64,000 nt of DNA from positions 10,912,001 to 10,976,000 of the forward strand of contig NC_086097.1 in assembly GCF_963921235.1 (NCBI RefSeq), in the 5' to 3' direction. Both the position numbers and the translations under genes were made by a program. How positions within the stretch are numbered: the stretch's first letter is position 1; every line of letters begins with the position of its first letter. The notes under the pieces are model-generated. The model had not been told where the DNA came from. It searched no databases and was given only the letters and a program-made list of their open reading frames with translations. Origin of the DNA: Mobula hypostoma (taxonomy: Eukaryota). Shown here one piece after another: positions 13,010 to 64,000 of the stretch.

Positions 13010-13377
13010 TCCAAATGTTAAAAGGCCTGAACAGATGAGATAAAGCAAAGTTATTTCCCATGGTAGGGGTGTCTAGGACAAGAGGGCATGACTTCAGGAT
13101 TGAAGGACATACATTTAGAACAAAGATGCAGAGAAATTAGTCAGAGGATGCTAAATCTGTGGAATTTGTTTCCACGAGCGGCTGTGGAGGCCAAGTTGTT
13201 GAGTGCATTTAAGGCAGAGACAGATAGGTTCTTGATTAGCCAGGGCATCAAAGGGTATAGGGAGAAGGCAGGGGAGTGGGGATGACTGGAAGAATTGGAT
13301 TAGCCCAGGATTAAATGGCAGAGCAGACTTGATGGGCCAAATGGCTTACTTCTGCTCCAATATCTTATGGTCTTATC
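13010..13377 (+). mobile_element. CR1 3' fragment
   Basis: SQRMLNLWNLFP..AFKAETDRFL; tail tcttatggtctta. Confidence 0.85.
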
Positions 13378-13664
13378 AGAATAGTATATGCTTGCATGGA
13401 ATGCTGAATCCTGTTTTCATTGGTGAAAATATATCTGTAGAAGTTTTATCTGACTGTTGTGTCTGTTATATATCTTCCTCCTCCTGTCCTAGGTAGTGTT
13501 AACCTAAGTGTGTTCAAGTGTGCATTGCTCTTTCTAAAATTTGTCATTTAATTTCTTATTTTTCTTTGTAAATTTTCCAGATCAGTTTCAGACCAAGATA
13601 TTATGCCAAATGAGAAAGTTAATATGGGTATACCAGAAGTGTTAATTGTCTTTATTATATTAAA

Positions 13665-14460
13665 GGAAACTTTGTCACATGGTGTGAGCAGAATTATCTG
13701 CAGCTTAATGTGAAAAAGACTAAGGAGCTGGTGGTAGACCTGAGGAGAGCTAAGGTACTGGTGACCCCTGTTTCCATCCAGGGGGTCAGTATGGACATGG
13801 TGGAGGATTACAAATACCTGGAGATACGAATTGACAATAAACTGGACTGGTCAAAGAACATTGAGGCTGTCTACAAGAAGGGTCAGAGCTGTCTCTATTT
13901 CCTGAGGAGACTGAGGTCCTTTAACATCTGCCGGACGATGCTGAGGATGTTCTACGAGTCTGTGGTGGCCAGTGCTATCATGTTTGCTGTTGTGTGCTGG
14001 GGCAGCAGGCTGAGGGTAGCAGACACCAAGAGAATCAACAAACTCATTCGTAAGGCCAGTGATGTTGTGGGGATGGAACTGGACTCTTTGACGGTGGTGT
14101 CTGAAAAGAGGATGCTGTCCAAGTTGCATGCCATCTTGGACAATGTCTCCCATCCACTACATGATGTACTGGTTGGGCACAGGAGTACAATTCAGCCAGA
14201 GACTCATTCCACCGAGATGCAACACAGAGCGTCATAGGAAGTCATTCCTGCCTGTGGCCACCAAACTTTACAACTCCTCCCTTGGAGGGTTAGACGCCCT
14301 GAGCCAATAGGCTGGTCCTGGACTTATTTCCTGGCATAATTTACATATCACTATTTAATTATTTATGGTTTTATTACTATTTAATTATATATGGTGCAAC
14401 TGCAACGAGAACGAAAACCAATTTCCCCCGGGATCAATAAAGTATGACTATGACTATGAC
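13665..14460 (+). mobile_element. Rex1/Babar-like LINE 3' part
   Basis: KTKELVVDLRR..YKYL..KGQSCLYFLRRLRSF..FYESVVASAI; ends aataaag(tatgac)n. Confidence 0.88.
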
Positions 14461-14747
14461 TTTACTATTGAGCTCTGTTTGGCAGATTTTCATAAGCTTT
14501 AAATACTGTCGGAAGTTTTCTCTTTATCACAGTCTGATCTATTTTCTTTGCTTGTTGATATCCCAAATACTTATGTTTCATGTTCATCAAAAGTACCCTG
14601 CTGCTCTGTTTTATATTCTACTAGCTCTGTTGCATCTTTCTTTATGTTTAATGTTCTGCACTTATCTAGTCCAAAGTTCATGTTTATATCTTTTGAAAAA
14701 TAGTTCTACTATTTGAATTAATTGCTTCAGCTTTACAGATAATGGTC

Positions 14748-17218
14748 ATGGGAGAGTTTAAAATGCAGGTTGATTGGTAACATCAGGTTGGTAATTGATC
14801 TCAAGAGAGTGAGTTTGTTCAATGCCTACGAGATGGCTTTTCAGAGCAGTTTGTTGTTGAGCCTACTAGAGGATCAGCTATACTGGATTGGGTGTTATGT
14901 AATGAACCGGAGGTGATGGAGGAGTTTAAGACAAAAGAGCCCTTAGGAGGCAGTGATCACAATATGAATTGAGTTCAATTTGAAATTTGATAGAGAGAAA
15001 ATAAAGTCTGGCGTAGCAGGTTTTCAGTGGAGTAAAGGAAATTACAGTGGTATGAGAGGGGAGTTGGCCAAAGTAACTTGGAAGGATCTGCTGGCAGGGA
15101 TGACTGCAGAACAGCAATAGTGTGAGTTTCTGGGGAAAATGAGGAAGGTGTAGGGCAGATGTATTCCAAAAAAGAAGAAATATTCAAATACCAAAATAGT
15201 ACAACCAACAAGAGAAGTCAAAGCTAATGTAAAAACATAAGAGAGGGCATACAACAAAGCAAAAATTAGCGGGAAGATAGAGGATTGGGAAGCTTTTAAA
15301 AACCTACAGAAAGCAACTGAAGGAATCATTAGAGGGAAAATACGAAATATAAAAGCAAGCTAGCAAACAATATCAAAGTGGATAGTAAAAGCTTTTTCAA
15401 GTATGTAAAAAAATTAGAGAGATGAGAGTGGATAAAGGTCTGCTAGAAAATGAGGCCAGAGAAAGTAACAGCAGACAAGGAGATGGCAGATGAACTAAGG
15501 AGTATTTTGCATCAGTCTTCACTGTGGAAGACACTAGCAGTGTGCCAGATGTTGTAGTGTGTGAAGGAAGAGAAGTGGGTGCAGTTACTATTACAAGAGA
15601 GAAGGTGCTCAAAAAGCTGAAAGACCTAAAGGTACATAAGGTACCCGGATCAGATAACCCACACCCTAGGGTTCCGAAAGAAGATGCATTAGAGATTATG
15701 GAGGCATTAGCAATGATCTTTCAATAATCATTGGACTCTGGGATGGTGACAGAGGACTAGAAAATTGCAAACATCACTCAGATCTTTCAGAAAGGAGGAA
15801 GGCAGCTGAAAGGAAAGTATAGGCCAGTCAGCCTGACCTGAGTGGTTGGGAAAATATTAGAGTCAATTGTTAAGGATGAAGTGATGGAGTACTTGGTGAC
15901 ACAGGACAAGATAGTACAAAGTCAGCATGGCTTTCTTCAGGGAAAATTCTTGCCTGACAAACCTGTTGAAATTCTTTGAGGAGACTACAAGTAGGATAGA
16001 TAAAGAGGATGCAGTGGATGTTGTATAGTTGGACTTTCAGAAGAACTTTGACAAGGTGCCACACATGAGGCTGCTTACTAAGTTAAGAGCCCATGTTAAT
16101 ACAGGAAAGTTACCAACATGGCTAAAGCATTGACTGATTGGTAGGCAGTCAGTGAGCGGGAATAAAAGGATCCTTGTCTGGTTGGCTGCCTGTGATTAGC
16201 GGTGTTCCGCAGGGGTCAGTGTTGGAACCGCTTCTTTTTATCACTGATTTAGATGATGAAATAGACGGCTTTGTTGCCAAGTTTGCAGATGATACAAAGA
16301 TTGGTGGAGGGGTAGGTAGTGTTGAGGAAACAGGTAGGCAGTGGAAGGACTTAGACAGATTAGGAGAATGGGCAAGAAAGTGGCAAATGAAATACAATGT
16401 TGGAAAATGCATGGTCATGCACTTTGGTAGAAGAAATAAATGTGAAGACTATTTTCTAAATGGGGAGAAAATCCAACAATCTGAGATGCAAAAGGACTTG
16501 GGAGTCCTTGTGTAGAACAATCTAAAGGTTAACTTGCAGGTTGAGTCAGTGGAGAAGAAGGCAAATGCAATGTTATTGTTCATTTCAAGAGGTCTTGAAT
16601 ACAAGAGCAGGGATGTGATGCTGAGGCTTTATAAGGCACTGGTGAGGCCTCATCTTGAATGCTGTGAACAGTTCTGAGCTCCTCATCAAAGAAAAGATGT
16701 GCTGGCTTTGGAGAGGGTCCAGACGCGGTTCACAAGGATGATTCCAGGAATGAAAGGGTTATCATACGAGGAATGTTTGATGGCTCTGGGTCCGTACTCG
16801 CTGGAATTTAGGATGAGGGGAGATCTCATTCAAACCTTTTGAATGTTGACAGGCTTAGACAGAGTAGATGTGGGAAGGATGTTTCCCATGGTGGGGGAGT
16901 CTAGGACAATATGGCCCAGCCTCAGGATAGAGGGATGCCCATTGAAAACAGTGATGTGGAGAAATTTCTTTAGCCAGAGGGTGGTGAATTTGTGGAATTC
17001 TTTTAACCACAGGCAGCTGTGAAGGACAGGTCGTTGTGTGTATTTAAGGCAGAAATTGATAGATTCTAGATTGGACACAGCATCAAAGGTTATAGGGAGA
17101 AGGCCAGGAATGGGCTTGAGGAATGGAAGAAAGGATCTGCCATGATTGAATGGCGGAGCAGACGATGGGCCAAATGGCCTCATTCTGTTCCTATGTCTTA
17201 TGGTCTTATGGTCTTATG
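14748..17218 (+). mobile_element. CR1 LINE, 5'-truncated ORF2, decayed
   Basis: [33 protein letters not shown]; tail (tcttatgg)n. Confidence 0.9.
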
Positions 17219-17392
17219 AAGGAATGTAGAATTGTCCATGATATAATTTGTGTGTCTTGATATAATTTGTTGTGTTGTTTCTGATTTGATACCCAATTTT
17301 CATTTTTGTATTTGCACATTTTGTTGTGTTTGTCTACCATTTGGGTCAGACTTTCATTGATTCTATTTTGTTTCTTATATTTACTGAACTGT

Positions 17393-17705
17393 TTAAGGCA
17401 TCTGTTAGTCTTGTGAGACCATGGATCTGCGCCTGGAAAGTCTTCACTCTCCAGGGTGCAGGCCTAGGCAAGGTTGTATGGAAGACCAGCAGTTGCCCAT
17501 GCTGCAAGTCTCCCCTCTCCACGCCACCAATGTTGTCCAAGGGAAGGGCATTAGGACCCATACAGCTTGGCACCGGTGTCGTTGCAGAGCAATGTGTGGT
17601 TAAGTGCCTTGCTCAAGGCCACAACACGTTCCCTCAGCTGGGGCTCGAACTCACGACCTTCAGGTCGCTAGTCCAATGCCTTAACCACTTGGCCACGTGC
17701 CCACA
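17393..17705 (-). mobile_element. tRNA-derived SINE, well preserved
   Basis: - strand GGGCACGTGGCCAAGTGGTTAAGGC (A box) ... GAGTTCGAGCCCC (B box) followed by a non-tRNA body and tail. Confidence 0.8.
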
Positions 17706-18057
17706 TTTACTGAACTATTACTTACATATAAATATATTTACTTATGGTTACATCTCAGGGTTGTATATAGGGACCTACATGTACCTTGATGATACATGGA
17801 ACTTTACACTTTGATCTTAGAAGAACAGCAGAACAGTCAGCTGTAACGCAAATGTTGACTGGCCATTTCCTTCCATAGATGCTGTCTGACCCACTGATTC
17901 AATCCATCTCCTTTCTGTGTTGCTCCAGATACACTGAGATGCTTGAATCCACTGATGCTGCCTGACCAGTTTCTTTATATTTTTGTTTCAGTGTTTTCAG
18001 CCCGAAATGTCAACTGTCAGAATCAGAATCAGAATCAGGTTTAATATCACCGGCACA

Positions 18058-19953
18058 GAAACATAGAAAACCTATAACACAATACAGGCCCTTCGGCCCA
18101 CAATGGTGTGCCGAACATGTACTTACTTTAGAAATTACCTCAGGTCCCTCTTCCCTCCGGGAGAAGGCTCAGGAGCTTGAAGACTCGTACGGCCAGATTT
18201 GGGAACAGCTTCTTTCCAACTGTGATAAGACTGCTGAACAGATCCTGACCCAGATCTGGGCCGTACCCTCCAAATATCCGGACCTGCCTCTCAGTTTTTT
18301 GCACTACTTTACTTTCCATTTTTCTGTTTTCTATTTATGATTTATAATTTATATTTTTAATATTTACTATTGATTTGTAATCCAGCGAGCAGGAAGCGCA
18401 GAATCAAATATCACTGTGATGATTGTACGTTCAAGTATTAATTGTTTGGCGACAATAAAGTATAAAGTAAAGTAAAAGTAAAGCCCTCTATTTTTCTAAG
18501 CTCCAGGTACCTATCCAGGAGTCCCTATTGTATCCGCCTCCACTACCGTCACCAGCAGCCCATTACACGCACTCACCACTCTTTGTAAAAAACATCTCCT
18601 CTGTACCTACTTCCAAGCAGCTTAAAACTGTGTCCTCTTGTGTTAGCCATTTCAGTACTGGGAAAAAGCCTCTGACTATCGACACGAACAATGCCTCTCA
18701 TCATCTTATACACCTCTAACAGGTCACCTCTCATCCTACGTCGCTGCAAGGAGAAAAGGCCAAGTTCACTCAACTTATTCTCATAAAGCATGCTCCCCAA
18801 TCCAGGCAACATCCTTGTAAATCTCCTCTGCACCCTTTCTATAGTTTCCACATCCTTCCTATAGTGAGGTGACCAGAACTGAGAACAGTACTCCAAGTGA
18901 GGTCTGACCATGGGCCTATAAAGCCGTAACATTACCTCTCAGCTCTTGAACTCAATCCCACAGTTGATGAAGGCCAATACACTATATGCCTTCTTAACCA
19001 CACAGTCAACCTGCATAGCAGCTTTGAGTGTCCCATGGACTTGGATCCCAAGATCCCTCTGATCCTCTACACTGCCAAAAGTCTTACCATTAATACAATA
19101 TTCTGCCATCATATTTGACCTACCAAAATGAACCACCTCACACCTACCTGGGTTGAACTCCATCTGCCACTTCACAGTCCAGTTTTGCATGCCATCGATG
19201 TCCCACTGTAACTTCTGACAGCCCTCCACACTATCCGTAACACCACCAACCTTTGTGTCATCAGCAAATTTACTAACCTATCCTTCCACTTCCTCATCCA
19301 GATCATTTATAAAAATCACGAAGAGAAGGGGTCCCAGAACAGATCCCTGTGGCACACTACTGGTCACTAACCTCCATGCGGAATATGACCCATCTACAAC
19401 CACTCTTTGCCTTCTGTGTGCAAGCCAGTTCTGGATCCACAGAGCAATGTCCCCTTGGATCCCATGCCTCCTTAATTTCTCAATAAGCCTTGCATGGGAT
19501 AACTTGTCAAATGCCTTGCTGAAATCCATATACACTATACCTACTACTCTACCTTCATCAATGTGTTTAGTCACATTGTCAAAAATACAATCACTGTCAT
19601 AAGGCATGATCTGCTTTTCACAAAGCCATGCTGACTATTCCTAATCATATTATGCTGCTCCAAATGTTCATAAATCCTCCATGATCTTCTCCATCAACTT
19701 ACCAACCACTGAAGTAAGACTCACTGGCCTATAATTTCCTGGGCTATCTCTACTCCCTTTATTGAACAAAGGAACAACATCTACAAACCTCCAATCCTCT
19801 GGAACCTCTCCCGTCCCATTTGATGATGCAAAGATCATTGGTAGAGGCTCAGCAATCTCCTCCCTCACCTCCCACAGTAGCCTGAGGCATATTTTGTCCG
19901 GTCCCGGCGACTTATCCAACTTGATGCTTTCTAAAAGCTCCAGCACATCCTCA
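18058..19953 (-). mobile_element. CR1 LINE, 5'-truncated, with a Rex1-like 3' fragment inserted at ~18145-18480
   Basis: [45 protein letters not shown]. Confidence 0.9.
18145..18482 (+). mobile_element. Rex1-like LINE 3' end
   Basis: Near-identical to 7355-7715. Confidence 0.85.
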
Positions 19954-19954
19954 T

Positions 19955-21100
19955 GAGAGAATCAGACCAATCAAGTATGATAGTGGAAAAGAGTGTATGG
20001 AAACGGGGGAGATACAGAGGTACTTAATGAATACTTTACTTCAGTATTCACTACGGAAAAGGATCTTGGCGATTGAAGGGATGACTTGCAATGGACTGAA
20101 AAGTTTGAGCATCTAGATATTAAGGAAGATGATGTGCTGGAGCTTTTGGAAAGCAACAAGTTGGATATGTCACCAGGATCGGATGGGATGTGCCCCAGGC
20201 TACTGTAGGAAGTGAGGGAGGAGACTGCTGAGTCTCTGGTGATGTTCTTCGCATCATCAATGGGACAGGAGAGGTTGTGGAGGATACTTTATACTTTATT
20301 GTTGCCAAACAATTGGTACTAGAACGTATAATCATCACAGCGATATTTGATTTTGCGCTTCACACACCCTGATTACAAATATTAAATATTAAAGATATTA
20401 AAAATAGTAAATATTAAAAATTTAAATTTTAAATCATAAATAGAAAATAGAAAAAATGGAAGTAAGGTAGTGCAAAAAAAACCTAGAGACAGGTCCGGAT
20501 ATTTGGAGGGTACGGCCCAGATCCGGGTCAGGATCCGTTCAGCAGTCTTATCACAGTTGGAAAGAAGCTGTTCCCAAATCTGGCCGTATGATTCTTCAAG
20601 CTCCTGAACCTTCTCCCGGAGGGAAGAGGGACGAACAGTCTGTTGGCTGGGTGGGTCGTGTCCTTCATTATCCTGGCAGCACTGCTCCGACAGCGTGCGG
20701 TGTAAAGTGAGTCTACTGATGGAAGGTTGGTTTGTGTGATGTGCTGCGCTGTGTTCATGATCTTCTGCAGCTTCTTTCGGTCTTGGACAGGACAACTTCC
20801 ATACCAGGTTGTGATGCGCCCTAGAAGAATGCTTTCTACGGTACATCTATAAAAATTAGTGAGGGTTTTAGGGGACAGGCCAAATTTATTTAGTTTTCAC
20901 AGGAAGTAAAGGCGCTGGTGGGTTGGAGGGTTGTGAATGTTTTTCCCTTATTCAAGAAAGGGAGTAGAGATAGCCCAGGAAATTATAGACCAGTGAGACT
21001 TACTTCAATGGTTGTTAAGTTGATGGAGAAGGTCCTGAGAGGCAGGATTTACAAACATTTGGAGAGGCATAATATGATTAGGAATAGTCAGCATGGCTTT
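19955..21100 (+). mobile_element. CR1 ORF2 segment, inverted relative to the adjoining CR1
   Basis: VLNEYFTSVFT, LELLESNKLDMSPGSD, NYRPVRLTS, RNSQHGF; interrupted at 20286-20917. Confidence 0.85.
20286..20917 (-). mobile_element. Rex1-like LINE 3' part
   Basis: NTAQHITQTNLPSVDSLYTARC..FGNSFFPTVIRLLNGS; near-identical to 7075-7715. Confidence 0.88.
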
Positions 21101-21439
21101 TTCTCCTTGCATTAAAATAGACACATCTCAAACCATCAGAGCGCCTCTATCACCTGCCTATCCTCCTTCTCACACCGCCTACAAGCTTTCTCTATTTGTC
21201 AGCTAACCACCCCTTTCTTCATTTCTTCAGTTCAATTACCACCTCCCAGCAATTCTAGTTTAAATTCTCCCCAACAGCCCTAGCAAACATCTCTGTCAGG
21301 TTACTGGTTCCCTCGGGATTCAGGTCCCTGCTCTCTGCTCCAATCCCTCACCCACAGATTTACCCTCCACCTCACTCTGTTGCTATACTCACTGTCGCAT
21401 GGCACAGGCAGTAATCCCAAGATTATAACCTTTGAGGCA

Positions 21440-23205
21440 TGTGTCATGAAATTTGTTAACTTAGCAGGAGCAGTTCAATGCAATATGTAATATAGAAGAA
21501 AAATAATAAATCAATCAAAATCATGCAAAAACAGAATATATTTAAAAAGTGAGGTAGTGTTCACAGATCCATTTAGGAATTGGATGGCAGAGGGGAAGAA
21601 GCTGTTCCTGAATTGCTTCAGGCTTCTGTACCTCCTGCCTGATAGTAATAGTGAGAAAAGGGCATGCCCTGGGTGCTGGTGGTCCTTAATAATGGACACT
21701 GCCTTTCTGAGACACCGCTCCTTGAAGATGCCTTGGGTGCTTTGTAGACTAGTACCCAAGACAGAGCCAACTAGATTTACAACCCTCTGCAGCTTCTTTT
21801 GGTCCTCTGCAGTAGCCCCCCACCCCCCCCACCACATACCAGACAGTGATGCAGCCTATCAGAATGCTCTCCACAGCACATCTATAGAAGTTTTTGAGTG
21901 TATTTGTTGACATGCCAAATCTCTTCAAACTCCTAATGAAATATTGTCACTGTCTAGCCTTCTTCATAGCTGCATTGATATGTTGGGACCAGGTTGGGTC
22001 CTCAGAGATCTTGACAGCCAGGAACTTGAAACTGCTCACTCTCTCCACTTCTGATCCCTCTATGAGGATTGGTATATGTTCCTTCATCTTACCCTTCCTG
22101 AAGTTCGCAATCAGTTCTTTTGTCTTACTGACGTTGAGTGCAAATTTGTTGCTGTGACATCACTCCACTATTTGATATATCTCACTCCTGTACACCCTCT
22201 CGTCTCCGTCTGAGATTCTACCAACAAGGTTGCATCATCAACAAATTTATAGACAGTACTTGAGCTATGCCTAGCCACACAGTCATAGGTATACAGAGAG
22301 TAGAGCAGTGGGCTAAGCACACACCCCTGAAATGCGCCAGTATTGATCGTCAGCGAGGAGGAGATATTATCACCAACCCACACAGATTGTGGCCTTTCGG
22401 TTAGGAAGTCAAGGGTTCAATTGCAGAGGGAGGTACAGAGGCCCAGTTTCAGTTACTTATCAATCAGGATTGTGGGAATGATGATGTTAAATGTTGAGCT
22501 ATAGTCGATGAACAGCATCCTGACATAGGTGTTTGTGTTGTCCAGGTGGTCTAAGGCCATGTGAAGAGCCATTGAGATGGTGTCTGCTGTTGACCTATTG
22601 TGGCAAAAGGCAAATTGCAGTGGGTTCAGGTCCTTGCTGAAGCAGGAGTTCAGTCTAGTCATGACCAACCTCTCAACGCATTTTATCATTGTCGATGTGA
22701 GTGCTACAGGACAATAGTCATTAAGGCAGCTCACACTATTCTTCTTAAGGCACTGGTATAATTATTGGCTTTTTGAAGCAAGTGGGAACTTCCGCCCATA
22801 GCAGTGAGAGGTTGAAAATGTCCTTGAATACTCCCGCTAGTTGGCTGACACAAGTATTCAGAGCCTTACCAGGTACTCTGTCGAGACCTTCTGACTTGTT
22901 AGGGTTCACCATCTTTAAAGACAGCCTAACGTCGGCCTCCGAGAGAGAGATCACAGGGTCACCGGGTGCAGCAGTGATCTTCACAGCTGCAGTTATATTC
23001 TCCCTTTTAAAGCGGGCATAGAAGGCATTGAGTTCATCTGGTTGTAAAGCATCGCTGCCATTCATGCTGTTGGGTTTCACTTTGTAGGAAGTAATGTCTT
23101 GCAAATCCTGCCAGAGATGTCTTACACCCGATGTCACCTCCAACCTCCTTCGAAATTGTCTCTTCACCCTTGAAACAGCCCTCCGCAAGTCATACCTGTA
23201 CACTT
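21440..23205 (-). mobile_element. Rex1/Babar-like LINE, decayed RT
   Basis: [63 protein letters not shown]. Confidence 0.88.
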
Positions 23206-23689
23206 TTCAGCTGATGCTGCCTGGCCTGCTGAGTTCCTCCAGCATTTTGTGTGTGTTACTTTACATTTCCAGCATCAGCAAATATTCTCTTGTTTGTAAT
23301 TTCTCATGTTCTCAGACATACTTTCTGATTTTCATTGATGCAATAATTGACGAAATGAATTATGATGTTATTACGTCTTGGACAAACCTTTCAAACAAAC
23401 TATTTTCCCCATACATATACCCGTTGAACGCATTTAGCTTTGTCAATATCCAAGGGAATTGTCGGTCACCATTAAAACACATCGCAATTCGATCCCTCTA
23501 CGCATGCGCGTACATCCACCCCGCTCACCCAAGCAAAATAAGATACGGAGACGTAACACGTGACCTTTCAGCTCCGTGCTGCGGCCCTGAGGATTCGGCG
23601 CCCCGCCCCACGCCGTCGCAATTGACCAATCGCAATGTGACGTGTAGAAAGAATACGTGGCGTCCCTTCACTTTCCCGGCGCTGGGATG

Positions 23690-23708
23690 TGTGGGGCCTC
23701 CTGATTGG
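23690..23708 (-). promoter_or_regulatory. ER stress response element (ERSE), CCAAT-N9-CCACA
   Basis: + strand reads TGTGG-GGCCTCCTG-ATTGG, i.e. CCAAT-CAGGAGGCC-CCACA on the - strand with an exact 9-nt spacer; SEL1L is a known UPR target. Confidence 0.75.
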
Positions 23709-23804
23709 TCGTCGAGCTGTTGACGAAGTTGAGAAGGATTTAAAAGGAGTGCAACGAGCTCATGGCGGCGGAAGTTTGAGTGAAGTGGAGTCGTAGCGGT
23801 GTGG

Positions 23805-62422
<38,618 letters not shown>

Positions 62423-64000
62423 GTATGTATGAGTGTTTTTAATGGTCAGATTTTATCTGATTGGAATAAATAATTGTCTGGGTCAAAATGATATTGGCTT
62501 TTCATATGCAGGAAAGTTTTGAAGTGAAATTTATTATAGCTTTAAATCTGTTTTTGTCAACACTGATGGTTGCTTTTGCTATTTGTACTCTCCCACCTCC
62601 ATCTCTACTGTTTCTTCCACTTTTGAACTAGAGGTATAATGAGGAACAATTTGTATTCTTTAATGAATTGCAGACCTACCAAAGCCAATTTTACAAAGGT
62701 GACATTGCATTTGACTATCTGATTAACACATTTGCAGTTTAAATACAACCTTCCTTCCTTGAGCTGTGACTAACTTTCTGAATTAGAATGATTTGATCTG
62801 TTGTAAAAATCCTGCCGAAATTGTGCAAATTAAGCAGGAAACTCCTCATTGTGAAGATGAAACAGCAGAGATCCTATAACATAGCTCTTCAAGATAAAGT
62901 GAGCAGGCAGGATTGCGGAAATTTAAAAATCTTTGTGTTATGGTTTATATCAAAAGTTGCCACCACAATGTCCAATTGAGAACTTAAGGTTTGCTTATTT
63001 CCTGTCCATGTCCCTGATTGAACATTTAATAGAACTCTGTGACCTAGAAATGAGCCATTGGTGCCCATCCTGCAGACTTCAGATTTGCATGAGGTCCAAG
63101 TTTTCTGCTGCAATTGGGATGAGTGTTGCATTTTCGTCATCACAATATGCTGCTTTATAGTCTAGTCCAAAGCCAGGTTTCAGAGGAAAGGGGGAATGTA
63201 ATGAAGATAATGGCTATGTACAGTGCCGTAGATCAGGATGGCCAAAGAGGTATTAGAGCCCTATCATGTGCTATTGTCACAAGTTGAGCTTCGTCCTTTA
63301 CAGCACTTCCCTTCCCTTCCATGTTACCGTCTTTACCTGCTCCAGCCTTTTCACTTGTGGCATTGCACCTAATTCTGACTTAAATTTGTGACCTTGAAAA
63401 TACTTCATGCTGCCAGATTTTGACTTCTCTCCTGAAATGTTGATTCATAGTTTTGCAATTTCTGGTAAATACTTGCTGTACTGGCCAATGTTGATTTCCA
63501 ACATCCATACAATGCACTTATTCAAAGCAAATCATATCTTTAATCCAGGGCAAGCAGATTTCACTTCTAGAATCAGTTATACTGGATGGAAACGGGCCCC
63601 TTCCCTCAACTTGTCCATACTGACCAAGATGTCTATTCAAGCTAATCGATTTGACTCCATTTAACTAACCCTTTTCCATCTGTGCACATGATTTAAATGT
63701 CTTTTAATTATTATGATTGGACCCACCACTACAACTTCCTCTGGCAATCCATCTCATGTGCTGATCATGCTCTGGAGAAAATTTCGTTTTCTACTTGAGT
63801 CCCTTTAAATCTTTACCATATCCTGAAATGGGTGTCCTCTTGGTTTAGACTGGGGAGGAAAAGACTTTATTCATTCCTCTCATGATTTTATGTATTCGTA
63901 AGGCCACCCTTCAAAATTGAACATTTTAGGGAAATAATACCAGCATTTTCAGTCTCTTCTTATAACTTCAGTCCTCCAGTCCCAGTAACAGTGCTTGAAA

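Larger units (their letters stand above)
12400..17750 (-). mobile_element. Decayed R4/Dong-like LINE split by four later insertions
   Basis: Zn-knuckle region ETIQHITESC..DYLHRHNQV (~12640-12710) and AT-rich RT remnants at 13380-13660, 14460-14745, 17220-17390. Confidence 0.55.

Noticed and set aside
17625..17705. tRNA gene on the - strand
   Set aside because: A and B boxes are present but the sequence continues into a SINE body and tail with no proper acceptor stem or terminator.
23626..23708. ERSE-II (ATTGG-N-CCACG) or a CCAAT-N26-CCACG element
   Set aside because: Spacings checked by hand do not fit; only the N9 ERSE matches.
62423..64000. SEL1L exon 15 (NYDLALKYF-like)
   Set aside because: No matching coding sequence found; it presumably lies beyond the window.

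Overview
Eukaryotic, repeat-rich genomic DNA. The repeat content (HE1/V-SINE-like SINEs, CR1, Rex1-like, Penelope) suggests a cartilaginous fish, probably a ray or shark; this is inference. Bases 1 to ~23.3 kb are a decayed, nested transposon field: Gypsy pol and gag, an LTR, CR1, Rex1-like and R4-like LINEs, SINEs and a Tc1 MITE. A CpG-rich promoter at ~23.45-23.8 kb carries an ERSE-type ER-stress element and drives SEL1L (ERAD HRD1 adaptor) on the + strand. Coding exons 1-14 were reconstructed by hand (1326 nt, 442 codons, all splice phases consistent), and the gene continues past the window. The most unusual items are: (i) a 500-bp TG..CA element in intron 9 with 29-bp terminal inverted repeats, a 4-bp TSD and tandem 'LTR-end + tRNA-complement' units, one a 42-nt copy of the CCA-bearing 3' half of tRNA-Thr; (ii) young ~140-nt hammerhead-ribozyme mobile units with TSDs, one in the sense strand of SEL1L intron 9; (iii) a chimeric retro-insertion carrying a copy of the sequence just upstream of exon 6; (iv) a probable GC-AG intron. 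Repeat family names come from recalled motifs, not database searches, and most repeat boundaries are approximate.
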